A DNA stretch of 64,000 bases from Nemertoderma westbladi (GCA_032718475.1 JAUCBJ010006628.1:1-64000); one strand, 5' to 3'; shown: positions 11,008 through 24,923, numbered from the stretch's first letter. Notes: generated from the sequence alone by a model not told the origin. Translations and numbers: made by a program.

Positions 11008-14000
11008 ATCTAGGTTTTTAATTTAATTTGGCAGAGCGTTCCAATTTTTAATGCCGTTAAAAAAGAAAGTATCAGATTCGAAGGATTTACAATTCGGGAG
11101 GTAGAAGTTTGAAGCACTAGCTCTGGTACTGTAAGAGTGTGTATCGCGTACCCTGCTGAATTTTTGTTTTAGGTAATTGGGACATTTACCATTATACACT
11201 TTATTTATGCACATGGTTAAAGCGTAGCTGCTTAACTCTACTATCTAAGTTAAGTAGTCCAGGTCCAGTGCCTAGGTTTGTAGTCTTTAATAAATCGTAC
11301 TACTTTATTCTGAGCTACTTGTAATTTACATTTAAGCTGTTTGGTTAACCCTTCATACCAAGAAGAGCACGCATAGTCCATGTGACACTGTATTAAAGAA
11401 GAGCAAAGTAACTTGCGGGAGTCGGTGTTTAAACTATTTTTATTTCTATATAGAAACCTAAGCCTACTGTTAACTATCGAGAAAATATTTTTCACTGTGC
11501 TTTCCTCTGATAAGCAGTTATCCAATGTGGCGCCTAAATATTTAACTTCCTTTTTATTTTCAATCTTATGTCCATTACTAGTGACTTCAAACTTAGTTAC
11601 CTTCTTTAACTTTCTTTTGGAACCAAACAAAATACTTTCAGTCTTACCGTAGTGATGGATAGCTTATTATCAACCAACCACTCATTACAGGATTCTAGAA
11701 CTGCACTTGACTTTTGGGAAATATGGATAGGATCTTTATGAGAGAAAATAAGAGCACAGTCGTCGGCATATAAAATGAGTTTAAAATCGGGATCTATACT
11801 ACTTATCATATCATTTACATAGCATACAAAAAGCAGAGGACCTAATATACTACCTTGCGGTACACCACAGGTAATCTCTTGTACAGTAGACTGCGATTTG
11901 CTAATGACTACAGTTTGACCTCTGTCTGACAGGTAGGACTTGAACCAGTCTATAGAACCTACACCCATCAGGCCTAACTTACCAAGCAGAATTTCGTGAT
12001 CTACAGTATCGAAAGCCTTTTGTAGGTGCAACATTACCATACCAGTATATAAACCCTTTGCGTTATTACATCTAATTGTATCAGAATAAGATAATAATAT
12101 ATTGTTAATAAGGCAGGTGTCTGTAGAATATGATTTACGAAAACCGGACTGAAGTTCATAGATCAGATTTAGCCTACTAAGATGTGCTTTCAGCTGTAGA
12201 AAAACAGAACGTTCTAGAATTTTAGATACAATACTTAAGATACTAACAGGTCTGTAATTACAGGGTTCTACTTTACTATTCTTTTTATACAGAGGAACAA
12301 CCTTAGCTAATTTCAGTTCGTCTGGTACTACATTATCTACGATAGAGTAATTAATAATAAAAGTAATAGGCACTTTAAGTACTTCAGCACCATCCTTAAG
12401 AAAACGGGCAGGTATTAGGTCTAGACCGGTACTTTTTGAGGCTGATAGGCTAAGTAGATTTTGAAAAACGAAATCCTCAGAAACGGGTGTTAAAAATAAC
12501 TTTTCTGATTTTTGTAACTTTTCTAAATAAAAATTATTTAGAGTTTCGGACCCTATACTACATTTATTACTTGATAACGGTAACTTCTTAACTAAATTAG
12601 AGGCAACATTAGTAAAATAATTATTAAATAAATTACTAACTAGAGTATGATCATGAATCAGCTCACCGTTATCTTGCAGAACAATATTCGATTTAGATTT
12701 AAGGTTTTTATAACCTAAAGATTTTAGGGTAGACCATAGACTTTTAGGATTATCTTTATTCTCACTTATTTTGTTGTACAAATAATATTCAGATTTAGCT
12801 TTTTTTATTTCCCGTTGGACAAGGTTTCTATATTTGCAGAAATTATTATAATAAGCTAAAACACGGTATTTCCTAAATTTATACAAATAGTTATCTCTTT
12901 CTCTGATATTACTAAGAATACCCGAGCTCATCCAGGGCTCAGTGCGTTGTTTAAGACTAATTTATTTAATTGGTGCTACAGTATTAAGTGCCTTTAAAAT
13001 ATATTATCTTTAAAAACAGTGTACGCAAGGTTAATGTCAGCGGCCTTAAAACAGGGTTCCCAGTCAGAATTAACTAACAAACTTAAAAAGCGTTCCTTGC
13101 TGTAATTTTTCATAGACCTAACAGTTACTGTTTTATGATCCCCGAAAAAAGATTTTTGTGTCTTTCTTGTGCAAAAAACTATAAAATGATCGCTTAGACC
13201 TATAGGTAAAACCCCAGATTGAGAAATAATATCGGTATTATTACAAAGGATGTGATCTAGTAAAGTAGAAGTTTTACTGCATGGATGGTAATTCTGGTAG
13301 AATCTCGAATAATTTGTTTTAAATCAAACAAATTTAAAATACTTTGGTACTGTTTACAGCTGGGAGATGCTTTGTGATGGTAACAGATATTAAAATCACC
13401 TAAGAAATATATTTCACAGTCTGACCTAAGATTACATAAAATTGTATTTTCAAAATTTTGCAAAAAATCTGATTGTTTAGGGGGCCGATATAAAGTACCG
13501 ATTAAAATAGGTTTAGTTTTAGGAAGTAAAAGTTCCACCAGTAAAACTAAAACCAGTCCACCAGTAAGACTCTAAATCTTCCCTATGATTAAAAGCTAAA
13601 TCACATCGAATGTAAGTACAGACACCACCACCGTGTCTGTCCCTATCCTTACGTAAAACTACGTAATTATCAATATAAATTTCTCCATCAGAAACGCTAT
13701 CATCGAGCCAAGTTTCAGAGATTGTTAAAACTGCTGGGTTGGATTTATTAATTAAAATACGAGTTTCGGAAAGTTTGGGAAGCAGAGATCGTGCGTTTAA
13801 ATGCAAAAAATGCAGACCTTTTTTCTTAATAAATTTAAAACTTTCACTCTCAGCATCACTTGGAGTTTGCAGAGGCGATGTGAGGAATGAATCTTCGGTT
13901 TCTGATTCTAAAATTGTATCATGAAAGGGAAGTTCGGTAAAAATACAGCTATTGCAGAGAAAACTTGGCTCAAAATTGTTTCTGGTGGAGAATAAATTAC

Positions 14001-14516
14001 TGCTTTTCCTACGGTAACATTTTAAATGTACAAATGTGTCACAACTCTCGCATTGGACGATCTTACTCCGAGAGTTTGTTCCTCGTTGACAGACGGGACA
14101 GTTGATCTTCGGGGCCCGCGTCCTGCTGGGTCTTGGGTTGGTCTCAATATCCCCAGCCAGAGACAGAAGACAGAGTTTGGCGATTAGGCCTCTAGTTCGT
14201 GGAGAGGAGACCCGTGATCGGATCTAGGACACTTCCCCCCCCGGACACTTCCCCCCCGGACACTTCCCCCCCGCCCAAGTAGGACACTTCCCCCCCGGAC
14301 ACTTGCCCCCCGGACACTTGCCCCCCGGACACTTCCCCCCCAGTTAAAGTGTTAAAATTAATCTGGGTGCATCAAAGCAATAATCAAAAGTTAAAGATGG
14401 TTACAGGACAAGTTGTATCTAGACAAGTTTTTTCAAAATTATAAAATAAACATTTTTATAGTCAAATTTTGTTTGTTTTTCTTTAAATTCCTTTAATTCT
14501 TTTAATTTCTTTTAAT

Positions 14517-14645
14517 TGGGGGCTGCCGCCCCCAAACCCCCGCTTCTTTTGTTGGGGGCTACCGCCCCCAAACCCCCGCTTCTTTTCTTGGGGGCTGCCG
14601 CCCCCGAACCCCCGCTTCTTTTCTTGGGGGTTATCGCCCCCAGAC
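14517..14645. repeat. 33-36-bp tandem repeat, about 4 copies (GGGGCTGCCGCCCCCAAACCCCCGCTTCTTTT)
   Basis: Directly visible; subterminal repeat of the enclosing MITE. Confidence 0.85.
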
Positions 14646-15369
14646 CCAGGCATTTCCCTGAGTGCCCGTGGTGAAAGACTTAAGACCACTTTGAAATAAT
14701 TTATTCATGTTTGTATCATAAGATAATAAATTGACTAAGCCTAAAGTAGGAGCTGTATTGAATGTTAACCAATTTAATATATAAATTACTACAATATTAT
14801 ATAATTCAACAAAATCCTATTAAAAATATTGCAAGTAACCAGGAAATGTAATATGTAGTGTGTATAATATCTATATATATAGTATGTATAGTAATATGTA
14901 TATCAATATGTAATGCTGAACACAGAATACAGGTCGACGCACCCCGATTTTACCCTGGAGAGGTATAATTTTGATTGCAACAATAATATTCATCCCCATC
15001 TGCTACAATTTGAAGAAGACTATTACATAGTAATACCTATAATTAAAACAATTAATTATTATAATTCTATAGTTAATAAAAACAGTATATCATTCCGGGG
15101 ATGGAATTTATAGGTCATCTAATATAATTAATTGTTTAAAGATTAGCAAGCAATACTATGTAATTGCATTGATATAACCTATAAATAAAACTTGGATATA
15201 AAATGTAAAATCGGGATGCAAAAGATCACTTTCTGAGCTACGAAAGGAAAATTGGATACAACTTATCTGGATAAAAGCGGTCCGTTTACCTTACAAAATG
15301 AGAAATACGAATGTGCGAAGTTAAGAACAGTCGGGGGTGAAGTGTCCGCGGGGGGGAAGTGTCTGGGGG

Positions 15370-18300
15370 CAGGCGCGGATCCAGAAATTTATTTCGGGAG
15401 GGGCTAACATTCTGTACCCAGAAACTTTTTCAGCCCCCCCCCCCCCCCCCCCCCCCCTGAAAAAGTTTCTGGGTACAGGGTTGTGGAACACAACACACAT
15501 TTCTAACAACAACAATCTGATAATTATTGCTATAGTATTGAGAATTTAATTACATATTATATGGATATTAAGAATAAAGCTAAAAAACGAGATTACCAAA
15601 TTACCAAGAGATTGTAGGCCTACTAACATTGTACAAAATTAAATAAGGAGTAATCGTCGGGCCTGGCGTCCTGCAAACTCCTGAATAATTTCATCTACAG
15701 TTACTATTATTTGTTTATGGATGGACATTAATGCCAGACCAGTTAATCGTTGCTGTGTCATTGTTGCCCTAAGGTATGACTTCAATAGTTTCAACTTGGA
15801 AAAAGTTCGCTCTGTTGTGGCTATGGAAATGGGAAGTGTGCCGAACATTCGCAGCAGAAATACAATTGACGGAAGAAAGCGATCTTTGGCCTTCTTCACC
15901 CACGTGGCAATATCTGTAGAATTCTTATCCTCGTCTATTAGAGATGCTGCGAAACGACACCAGCTGGAAATCTCGACCGAAATTCTATCTAATGGCATCT
16001 CCATGTCATCATCAAGGTTTAGGTCTTCGACTATCTTGATTAGTTGAGTCGCCGTCGTAGACTTCATGAATGATGGTATTAGCTCCTGTAGTTGTAGTTG
16101 CTTCGGACAATCTTCTAGAAATCGGTCTTGCAACTGACCAATAAGTTCGTCAAGCCAAGGAATATAGACGTTGAGTCGGAAGTACTCCTCAGCACCTGAT
16201 GCAGGGATGTTACCACGTTAGGTTTGGCGGCCAACAACTCGGGGAGGCATTAAATCAATACCGCCAAGTACTTCAGCTGTCTTAATAGCCTTGGCATAGA
16301 TAACACCAAAGCTAGCAGCACTCTCGTTTCGCAGTTTCTGGAGGTCTGCCACAATATCTTTTATACGAGTATATGCTGAGGCTATGTTTATTGATGGGTC
16401 TTGTAGGGCTTCACTAACACCTATGAATAAAGGAAAATAGTTTATAGATATAGATTTATATATATAGATTTTACATAGCAACAAGGAAACTACACTGAAA
16501 AAACGATGTTGGTTTTTTATTAAGACCAAGAGTTTATAAAATAAACCAAATAAAATATATAAAATAAATAATATAATATAATATAAATAAATAATATAAT
16601 ATAAAATAAATATAAATAAAACCTCAGTTTAATATAAAAATCCTATAGTTTTTCTCGAAATGTGATACAATGGAATTAATTTTACTTACTGGAATTCTGC
16701 ACAACGGAAAACAAATAGTTTAAAAATATATAACTATATTGTATGTAGTTATATTAATTAGTAAAATATAGTAACTAACCCACTGTAAGGGCCAGAGATG
16801 CAGAGGCAATTTCAATTGCAATTATGAAGCTGGATGTTTGCATGGCCGACAGTAGATTCGCCGCTGCCTCTGGTCTAGCTTCCCTTGATCCGGTCTCCGA
16901 AACCCAGGATAGCACCCCAATAACAGCAGGAAGCAACTCCTTAAAGACGAGGACTGCGTCATGGCGATCAACCCAGCGTGTTGGACAAAGAAGTTTGAGT
17001 CTATTTTGGCGAGACTTTGTTAGTTCGCCACTAGCTCGCATCGACAAGACAACATCCTCCATCTTCTTTATACGCTGAGGAGAAGCCTTTATGAAGGTAC
17101 ATACCTTCTGTAGTGTACCCATCGCATTACGGACCTCTCGTTGCTCAGCTGCATGAGTTAGTGCAAGGTTTAATCTGAAAGAGATGTATAAATAATAATA
17201 ATTTATTCCTTTTGAATATTTTGTAACATTGAACATTTATTTATTCCTCTATTTAAAATAATGTTCAATTATAATATAATATACCTACTATAGTATAACA
17301 TAATAATTAGTAATTGTAATAGTACCGTACTCAAGATGCGAATTTTATAACTAGCTATATTTATTGCACCTGAATGTTACAACGTTTTGAATGTCCTCAT
17401 TGCCATTCACCACAACGATACTGAATATTTTTGATACATTTAAATTTATATAAGTGATGCTATAAGATATTTTTTTAGGTTTTTTTGCAAAGGAACATTT
17501 TGAAGTCTGTGTTTAAATTTCCTCTGGTAAATTATTATAATAAGAAGAATATTATATTCTATATATATACTCTATAATATATATATTATTATAACAGAAT
17601 ATTATAGTAATATTCTGTAACCGATGGATGGATATTAGAGAGATAATTAAGAGGATCATGTAGGATAATTAATTCCCATGAATACAGAGTACTGAAAGTA
17701 GACCGCGGTACCTACTGACCTATATATATATTATATATTTATTTATTATACAAAGTTACAGTACCTGTGATTAAAGCAATGAATGTAAACTGCTAGTGGT
17801 TGAGTTTCCTTCAATATGGATTGGCAACCTTTCATGTGTCCACGCATCGCACCAGCACCATCATAGCATTGGGCACGACAGTTTTCAAAACTTAAACCAA
17901 GTCTTGAAAGTTCATCAAGAACGAGTTTCGCCAACCCAGCCCCTGTGACATCAAGGGCCTCTATAAACCCAATAAAATCTTCATGGATACCCACATCAGC
18001 ATCAACGTAACGAATTACCATAGATGCCTGCTCCTTGCTACTCACATCGGCAGTTTCGTCTATCGAAATTGAATAAAATTTCGCTTCTTTAACAGCAGTG
18101 GAGATTTTATTCTGAATTATGACTTTAGTGCAGTCAATTAATTCGTTCTGGGTAGTCTTCGAAGTCATAGTGGCGTTTGACTTAGCTTCATTTATAAAAC
18201 TGCCCAGAACCTCATCTCCCGCATCAACACGAAATCTGAGAAGAGAACGAAATATTCCTTCCTCTCTTTCCGCACTTATACCACCATCTGTCTCCTTCAA

Positions 18301-19510
18301 TGTCAAGTGCCCCTTCATCTCTATGACCACGGAGTGGGAGATTGTGGCGTCCGCAAAACTGCACAGTTTTTATTATGGGAGTTAAACGTGCTCGATTTTC
18401 TCTAATTAAACGGGCCCGTACTGCATCTAGACGATTTTGTATCGAGTGCTCAGGATTCGACATTACATCTTTAAATCCTGCAGCCCTCTCAACACTTTCC
18501 TTGTGGTAACCCGACCTCTCATGTGTCTGTAGCTGTTCTAGCGCCTTCTTATATCTGCACAGAGGTTCGGCCACCAGTAATCCCAATTCCTGATGACTAC
18601 CCTTACCAACTTTCCGCTTGTCACCAACTCCACTGAACAGAACACAGGGGGCGCACAAAGCACCTTGGTAGTGCTTACTGTACCCCAACCAAGGAAACCT
18701 ACTTATCCAACCAACTTGGAAGCAGTGTTTCTGTTTGCCCTCACATACAGCAGGGAAAGAATAACCGTGCTGTGGCTTCCATCGATCATCCAGTAAGACC
18801 ATCTTCTCACCATCTGTCAGGTGCTTATTAGTAAGCGCGCACCCAATATCCTGTTTATCGAACCCTGGACTCTCTAACACTGCCATTCCACTATCAGTTT
18901 CCACACTTATGTCTTGTGGTTGCTGCACAGCACTTGTGGATTCTATTTGCTCCACACGTGCAGACTTTTCAGCAGCACCAAAAAAGTCCATTAAAGTCCG
19001 CTTCATGATTAGGGTAGAGAATTAATGCGGTAACAGTGATAACAGATATAATTAACAAATGAAATAACCTGAGCCCGCAGTGGTACAGTCACAGTCTGAC
19101 AGTGTACAGTCATAGAATTTACTGATTTACAATTATTTACAGTAGGCCTACCAATACCATACTGCCATACTGTTACAGTTTTGGTGTATGTGTTGACAGT
19201 GTTGTGTATTACAGTAAGCTACCATATTACTGTATTACCTGCTAAACTGAAACATTTTAAAGTTCACACTGTCATGCAGACTGTAATGGCTGATTGCGGT
19301 ACCGGTAGTACTACTGTCAGACAGTTAGTGTGAATATGTTACTACAAATATGTAGGGGAAATTAATTTATGAATAAAGAATAAACTCGGGAACTCTGCAG
19401 TAGCAGTACATTGGCTGGCTGCATCTGCGTCAGGTTTAGAGTGATAAAATTTCGGGGGGGGGGGGGGGGCTTGAGCCCCCTAGCCCCCCCCCCCCTTGGA
19501 TCCGCCCCTG
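15370..19510 (-). mobile_element. hAT transposon (Tip100/ZMYM1/P52rIPK-like group)
   Basis: TIRs CAGGCGCGGATCCAG / CTTGGATCCGCCCCTG; imperfect TSD TCTGGGGG vs TACTGGGG; encodes an hAT transposase. Confidence 0.9.
15639..19006 (-). pseudogene. Spliced hAT transposase pseudogene (exons 19006-17765, 17174-16780, 16420-15639)
   Basis: Motifs LPLRGHRD, SIDETAD, CYDGA, HCFNH-R-LNL across a GT-AG intron, CPTRW, and the dimerisation motif ERTFS..LRATMTQQRLTGLALMSIH; one frameshift near 18290 and a stop near 16218. Confidence 0.88.
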
Positions 19511-21488
19511 TACTGGGGGGGGGGGGGGGGAAGTGTCCGGGGGGAAGTGTCCTACTTGAGCGGGGGGAACTGTCCGGGGGGGGAAGTGTCCGAACACCCC
19601 GTGATCTTCTTCCCCGACAAGAGCAGTAGATGCTAAATCCACTCGTTGACCACATCTCCATCGATTCGGCGCGGCAGTTCGACAGGGTGTTCGGCAAACC
19701 AGTCCAATACGGGTATTGGGTGGGTTGCAGGGTTACCCCGCGGATCGGATGGTTCTGCCACAACGAAACGGCCCAGAACGATGACAACTGTGGTACTGGA
19801 CAACTTTTTCACATTACATTTATGATTGCTATCATTATGTGAGAGTTTGAGAATTTCAACTCTTAAATTTTTTTAATTAAACCGTCAAGTCAAGTCTCCT
19901 CAATGTGGGGAGACTTGACACCTAGGGTGGGAGACTTGAACCCCATCTCGCATACAGTACTTGTAAATTCGTTCAAAAACGCAGAAGAAGTGTAATAATT
20001 ACATGTTCAACATGTCTATTTTCTAGTAGAGCAAAAAAATTCAAAAAATGCGATTGTTAAATTATAATCCAAAATTTTATACAAATTTAGGTGGTCATTC
20101 ACATGGTTCTCCCAACAAGAACTAAATAAATAATAGTTCATTAAAATCGCATTAAAATTTAACGCGGTAAGGTACTTTTTATTAATGAATATCTTGTATA
20201 ATTTTCAATCCAGGCATATATTAATTGTTTTCCTCTAATTCTATTGATGTGTGCCGCTTTCTGACGAAGTGGCATCTTGTTTAACCTGTCAATCACCCAG
20301 TTGGCTGGCTACTAACTACATTGCAAAGAGGGAATGACGAGTTGGTTGGCTTGGCTGGGTTTATCAAGGCCTCTCTCTCTCTCCCTGGCCACTCCATTGT
20401 ATTCACATTCCATTCATAGCTTGGTCTGTGTAAGTGCTGATCAACTAGTTGGAGTGCTCTGGTGTAATGGTTCTCTACCTGGGTGTATCTCTAGGTAGAC
20501 GTCAGCATTGAAGGCTTCAAGTCTCCCTCACACTCGGGCGTCATGTCTCCCCACATGGGCTTTTTTTTATATTAATTGATATAATTTCAAAACGGCTGAA
20601 CCAAAACTGGAAAACAATATATGGCAGGATAGTGCAATAATTAGTCAACACATGCTGTGAATTACAATTAACATACAGTAAAATAAGGATGCGATATTTC
20701 ATTCGTTGTAAAGGGCAACAATTTACTTTTGAACCCAGAAAATGTTTATTGACAATAAAACAAAAAATAACCAAAAAGTAATAAAACATTGTTGCGCGGG
20801 TGTAGCCAACATGTATTTTACACATTTTTGTGTGGTATTGTTAAATAATTTACAATAGTTTTTGAGTTATTAAAAAATATAAAGTCTCCCCTAAAGTCAA
20901 GTCTCCCTCACTCACCCTATATTTTTATTTTTTGTGTGCACATTGCTGGGGCAACAAACCAGTACTATATCCGTATAATCCTGGTTTTTCGAGGTTTTCA
21001 TATTCTCAAAACATGAATTTATTCAAGATTGTGAAATAATGTAATATTATAATAGCTAGTAATCGCTTGTTTTAAACTTTCGTAAGAATGCGAGTTGAAA
21101 AGCATTAAGGATTATAAATTGAGATGCATTAATATTAATGTATGCCAAAATAAAGAATTTTCAAAAATTATTGTGGCTAATTGTATTTGAAGCATACTGT
21201 ACAATCACATATACTCTTAGCAAAGGACGAAGGAACTGTCCTATAGCTAAACCAGACGTGGAAAACTGGAAACTAATCCCATCTTGGCGAATTAATAACC
21301 CACCTCCATGTTAAATTCTCAATTTAGGGAAAGGAGCAGGTAACAGTGGCACTTTATTCTAACCGGAACAATAAACTAAAGCCAATAATAGAACAGGTTA
21401 CAGTTTTATTGTTGATAGTAAGTCATCAGTAACTAAGTGTGCTTATCGATTACGAATTTAAACTTCAACTAAAATTTTATATTTGTAG

Positions 21489-21524
21489 GTGGCTTGACAC
21501 CAACAGACTCAAATGAAAATTCAG
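21489..21524 (+). CDS. Probable 36-bp micro-exon C of LDLa-FReD gene copy 1 (R-GLTPTDSNENS)
   Basis: ttttatatttgtag| acceptor and cag|gttagt donor; phase 1/1 bridges exon B and the terminal exon; lies in unique sequence between two TE blocks; no paralogue in the window to confirm it. Confidence 0.55.
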
Positions 21525-23162
21525 GTTAGTTTATCTTCAATTCAATATGAAATGATGGCATCGAATGGTGTATTACATTATAATATATATCACAATGTTC
21601 TATTTGTTTGTTTATTTTATTACGTACATTATACAACGTATAAGTACAAATTAAGTAAAGTAACAACTACATTAATAATTATTGGCACAGCACTGTGGTA
21701 TAGTAATTATTAGTAGCACATATTATAAAGAGCGTACGTAGTGTGGTGTATAAATGGCACGGGAATATACTATATTCAATATGCACATTACTTATACATA
21801 CAACAAAAGTTAACGAAAAAATAACTATTTACTTACTCCTAGCACGATGAAATATAGTTTAGTAAACTTTGGATCTCTTCACCCTCAAAACCCGGAATCA
21901 CCGAAAAACCGATTAAGGCTTCAATTAAATCTTTACATGTATCTACTTTCCATTCTTCACCTGATGGAATAGGAACATACTTAAGTTTCGTACTAATTAA
22001 TGCAGGCGTTAAAATAGATAGGTTTGAAGTATCACACTCTGTTGCAATATTACGTAAATTTCTACCACTTATTGACCTGCAATCCGATAACAACAGTTTA
22101 GCTAAAAACCGTATGCACGTCCTATTTGAGTGCAATAAAGTATTGCTGAAAGTTACGAAATTTTTACAAATAATCACCCATGGGTGCATAAAACCCGGAA
22201 TTTCCTGCACTATGAACCTATGAGAAGTGTATGGTAGACGACAGGTAATCCTAACGTTAATATTCCAACTTGTTAATAATCTACGGCACTCATCAGACCA
22301 CAAATTCCAGGTATTACTACCATAAAACGACATTGCATATAATCTCTGTATTTGTAAAATATTACTAGGATGTGCAAATCCAAATTCTTGCTTAATATTA
22401 TTTAGTTTACCAATAAATTGTCCCCTTTTTCTCAAAATATCACCAGTTAAACGGCACTTATAATCGATAAGTATTCCTAGATAGATGAGTAGCCTCTTTA
22501 ACCCAAGGCAATTGAATATCATTAATTTCTATTCGAAATGCCGGTGGATTCCAACGGAAACCAAACAGGATACATTTACATTTACACTTTTCCACATTAA
22601 CATCAGTACTCAGTCGTAGATTATACTTACTGCAAAATTCCTTACACAGATTATCCATAAACTGAAGGCCTACTACTGAAGGACAAAGTAAAAACACATC
22701 GTCTGCGTACGCTAATACCCCAAAATAATAATTACCAATAAAGCAACCTACCTGAGATTTACGTAATGAACTAATCAGCATATTCAGAACAATGCAAAAC
22801 AAAATAGGGGAGCATACTGCACCTTGACGCACTCCGTTAGTGATTGAGAATTTAAACGAATCGCTATTTAACCATTTCAGCGCACAAATTTGATTACAGT
22901 AAATGAAAAGCAAACACCTTAGATATAACACAGAAAATCCCTTTTTTAGTAACTCCAAAAATAGAATTGGCCATTGGATCAGGTCAAAAGCCTTCGTGAA
23001 ATCCAACAGGCACCCAAAAACTTGCGTTGAATGTCTAGCATAGTAATTAATGACCTCGGATGCTGACCAAGTGCACATCACAGTACTAGATTCACTACGG
23101 AAACCAAATTGGAGATCATCCAATTTTAATTTCGAACCTTCCCCTAATAACATTACCCACTC

Positions 23163-23479
23163 GAACAGATTACGTTAACAGAACGATTACCTACTAGAAC
23201 AAAATCGCCTCCGCTTTGCAGGACATTGCTTTCGCCGTGAGGACCAGCCAGTGCATAATCTTGTACTTTGGCAGCCTCATGGCGTGAATAAACATGGTGG
23301 ACAGCCCATGACTTTCTTGAGACGCATCCTAAAGGACACTGGCCTTGAAGAAGCGGATGATCTAGCAAATGTCATGGGTGATAGGGAGTTGTGGCGGTGC
23401 AATTTTGTTGACAAGCCGGCACAGCATTCTTAAAAATGCAGCTGCAATGCAGCATGACGATCCTAGTAGTAGTAGTAGT
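23163..23479 (+). mobile_element. Short 3' fragment of an RTE-clade LINE with (TAG)n tail
   Basis: Nearly identical to 24643-24923; TSD ATTACCCACTC at 23152-23162 and 23480-23490. Confidence 0.9.
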
Positions 23480-23663
23480 ATTACCCACTCAAAAACTTTC
23501 AAAAGTAACGCAGATATTGCAATAGCCCTATAATTAGTATCTGAAGAAATGTCCCCCAACTTATTTTTCACAATTGGTATCATAGAAATAGATAACAAAC
23601 ATTTAGACACAAAGCCATGTGATAAGAAAGCATTAAATAACTTGGCAAGGTGACTTTCAAGAA

Positions 23664-24923
23664 GATGGGTTCCGTAAAGGTCGTGGGACCATGGAGCCCA
23701 TTTTGGCACTTAGAAGGATAATTGAAGAATTATCAAAAAAGAAAGACAGGCATCTGGCTGTTATCTTTGTTGACTTCTTCAAGGCCTTTGATTCAGTCTC
23801 TCGCTCACGTATGTTCAGCATACTTTCATTATATGGGATTCCTGATGAAATTATTGCAGCAATCAGATCAGTATACGATGGTTCGACAACATTTGTGTCT
23901 ACTGTTGACGGTGACACAGAACCATTTGAAGTGTTATGGGGCGTCCTCCAAGGAGACACACTTGCACCATTCTTGTTCATTATTGTGGTTGACTATGTTC
24001 TACGCATGTCCTTAGATCATCATAATGATGATGGGGTGATGATAACTCCACCTACTGGCTCCAGAAGTCGAGGAAATCCTGCCAAGTACCTAACTGATCT
24101 AGACTTTGCTGATGACTTAGGAGTACTCTCAGAATCATTAGAGGGAGCCCAACGGCTCCTCAGCTCATTAGAACATGCTGCTTCTAGTGTTGGTCTTTTT
24201 ATTAACTCCAGAAAGACCAAAATTCTGACCGTTAACTTTGAAAGTCCTCAGCAAGTCTCTGATCGGATGAGCATAAGCTCAAAGGATGGTATGCTTGAGA
24301 ATGTGGACGACTTCTGTTACCTGGGATCATGGATCCGGAAGTCAGGTGAGGACCTTCGAATACGTAAGGGAAAGGCATGGACAGCCTTGAATAGGCTTTC
24401 CAGGATTTGGAAATCACCGAGAATTAATCGGAAACTTAAGGTCCGATTATTTAGAGCAGCAGTAGTTCCAGTACTCCTCTATGGGAGTCCATGCTGGGCT
24501 CTAACTGCTGAGGACACCAAATCTCTGGATGGCACATTCACAAGAATGCTACGCCGGGTTCATTGTGTCAAGTACAATGCACACATCTCCAACCAGACAC
24601 TATATAACATTGGAGGTGTCTCATTGGTTACCCCAAGCTTGACACTAGAACAAAATCGCCTCCGCTTTGCAGGACATTGCTTTCGCCGTGAGGACCAGCC
24701 AGTGCATAATCTTGTACTTTGGCAGCCTCATGGAGTGAATAAGCATGGTGGACAGCCCATGACTTTCTTGAGACGCATCTTAAAGGACACTGGCCTTAAA
24801 GATGCGGATGATCTAGCAAATGTCATGGGTGATAGGGAGTTGTGGCGGTGCAATTTTGTTGACAAGCCGGCACAGCATTCTTAAAAATGCAGCTGCAATG
24901 CAGCATGCCGATCCTAGTAGTAG
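23664..24923 (+). mobile_element. 5'-truncated RTE-clade LINE with open RT frame (23691-24884)
   Basis: FVDFFKAFD, GVLQGDTLAP, LDFADD, FCYLGS, VLLYGS and RLRFAGH; (TAG)3 tail; TSD TTCAAGAA at 23656-23663 and 24924-24931. Confidence 0.92.

Larger units (their letters stand above)
14220..19598. mobile_element. Non-autonomous DNA transposon with TIRs built of GGACACTTCCCCC repeats and 8-bp TSD (Merlin- or MULE-like, unassigned)
   Basis: TSD CCGTGATC at 14212-14219 and 19599-19606; ends GGATCTAGGACACTTCC and, reverse-complemented, GGTGTTCGGACACTTCC; own sequence is 14220-15369 plus 19511-19598. Confidence 0.8.
7548..19801 (-). mobile_element. L2/CR1-group LINE (PHD finger, APE endonuclease, RT), decayed and interrupted twice
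   Basis: LAGDIETNP and a PHD finger at about 14165-13930; APE (HLNARSL, SETWL, DRDRHGGGV, GDFN) at 13806-13257; RT ([27 protein letters not shown]) at 12931-11020; C-terminal LDNQHSFK..VKSHL near 7960; 3' stem-loop, AATAAA and (TCTA)n tail at 7548-7681; possible AACTT target duplication. Confidence 0.9.
7464..20917. mobile_element. Tc1/mariner-pogo-like MITE (about 1.2 kb of own sequence: 7464-7547 plus about 19802-20917), expanded by nested insertions
   Basis: TIRs GGGTGAGTGAGGGAGACTTGA / TCAAGTCTCCCTCACTCACCC flanked by TA on both sides; GGAGACTTGA subterminal motifs near 19885-19945 and 20517-20553. Confidence 0.8.

Noticed and set aside
19362-19842. GC-rich Gly/Pro ORFs at the hAT/MITE/LINE junction
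   Set aside because: Chance frames across TIRs and G/C runs of three different elements
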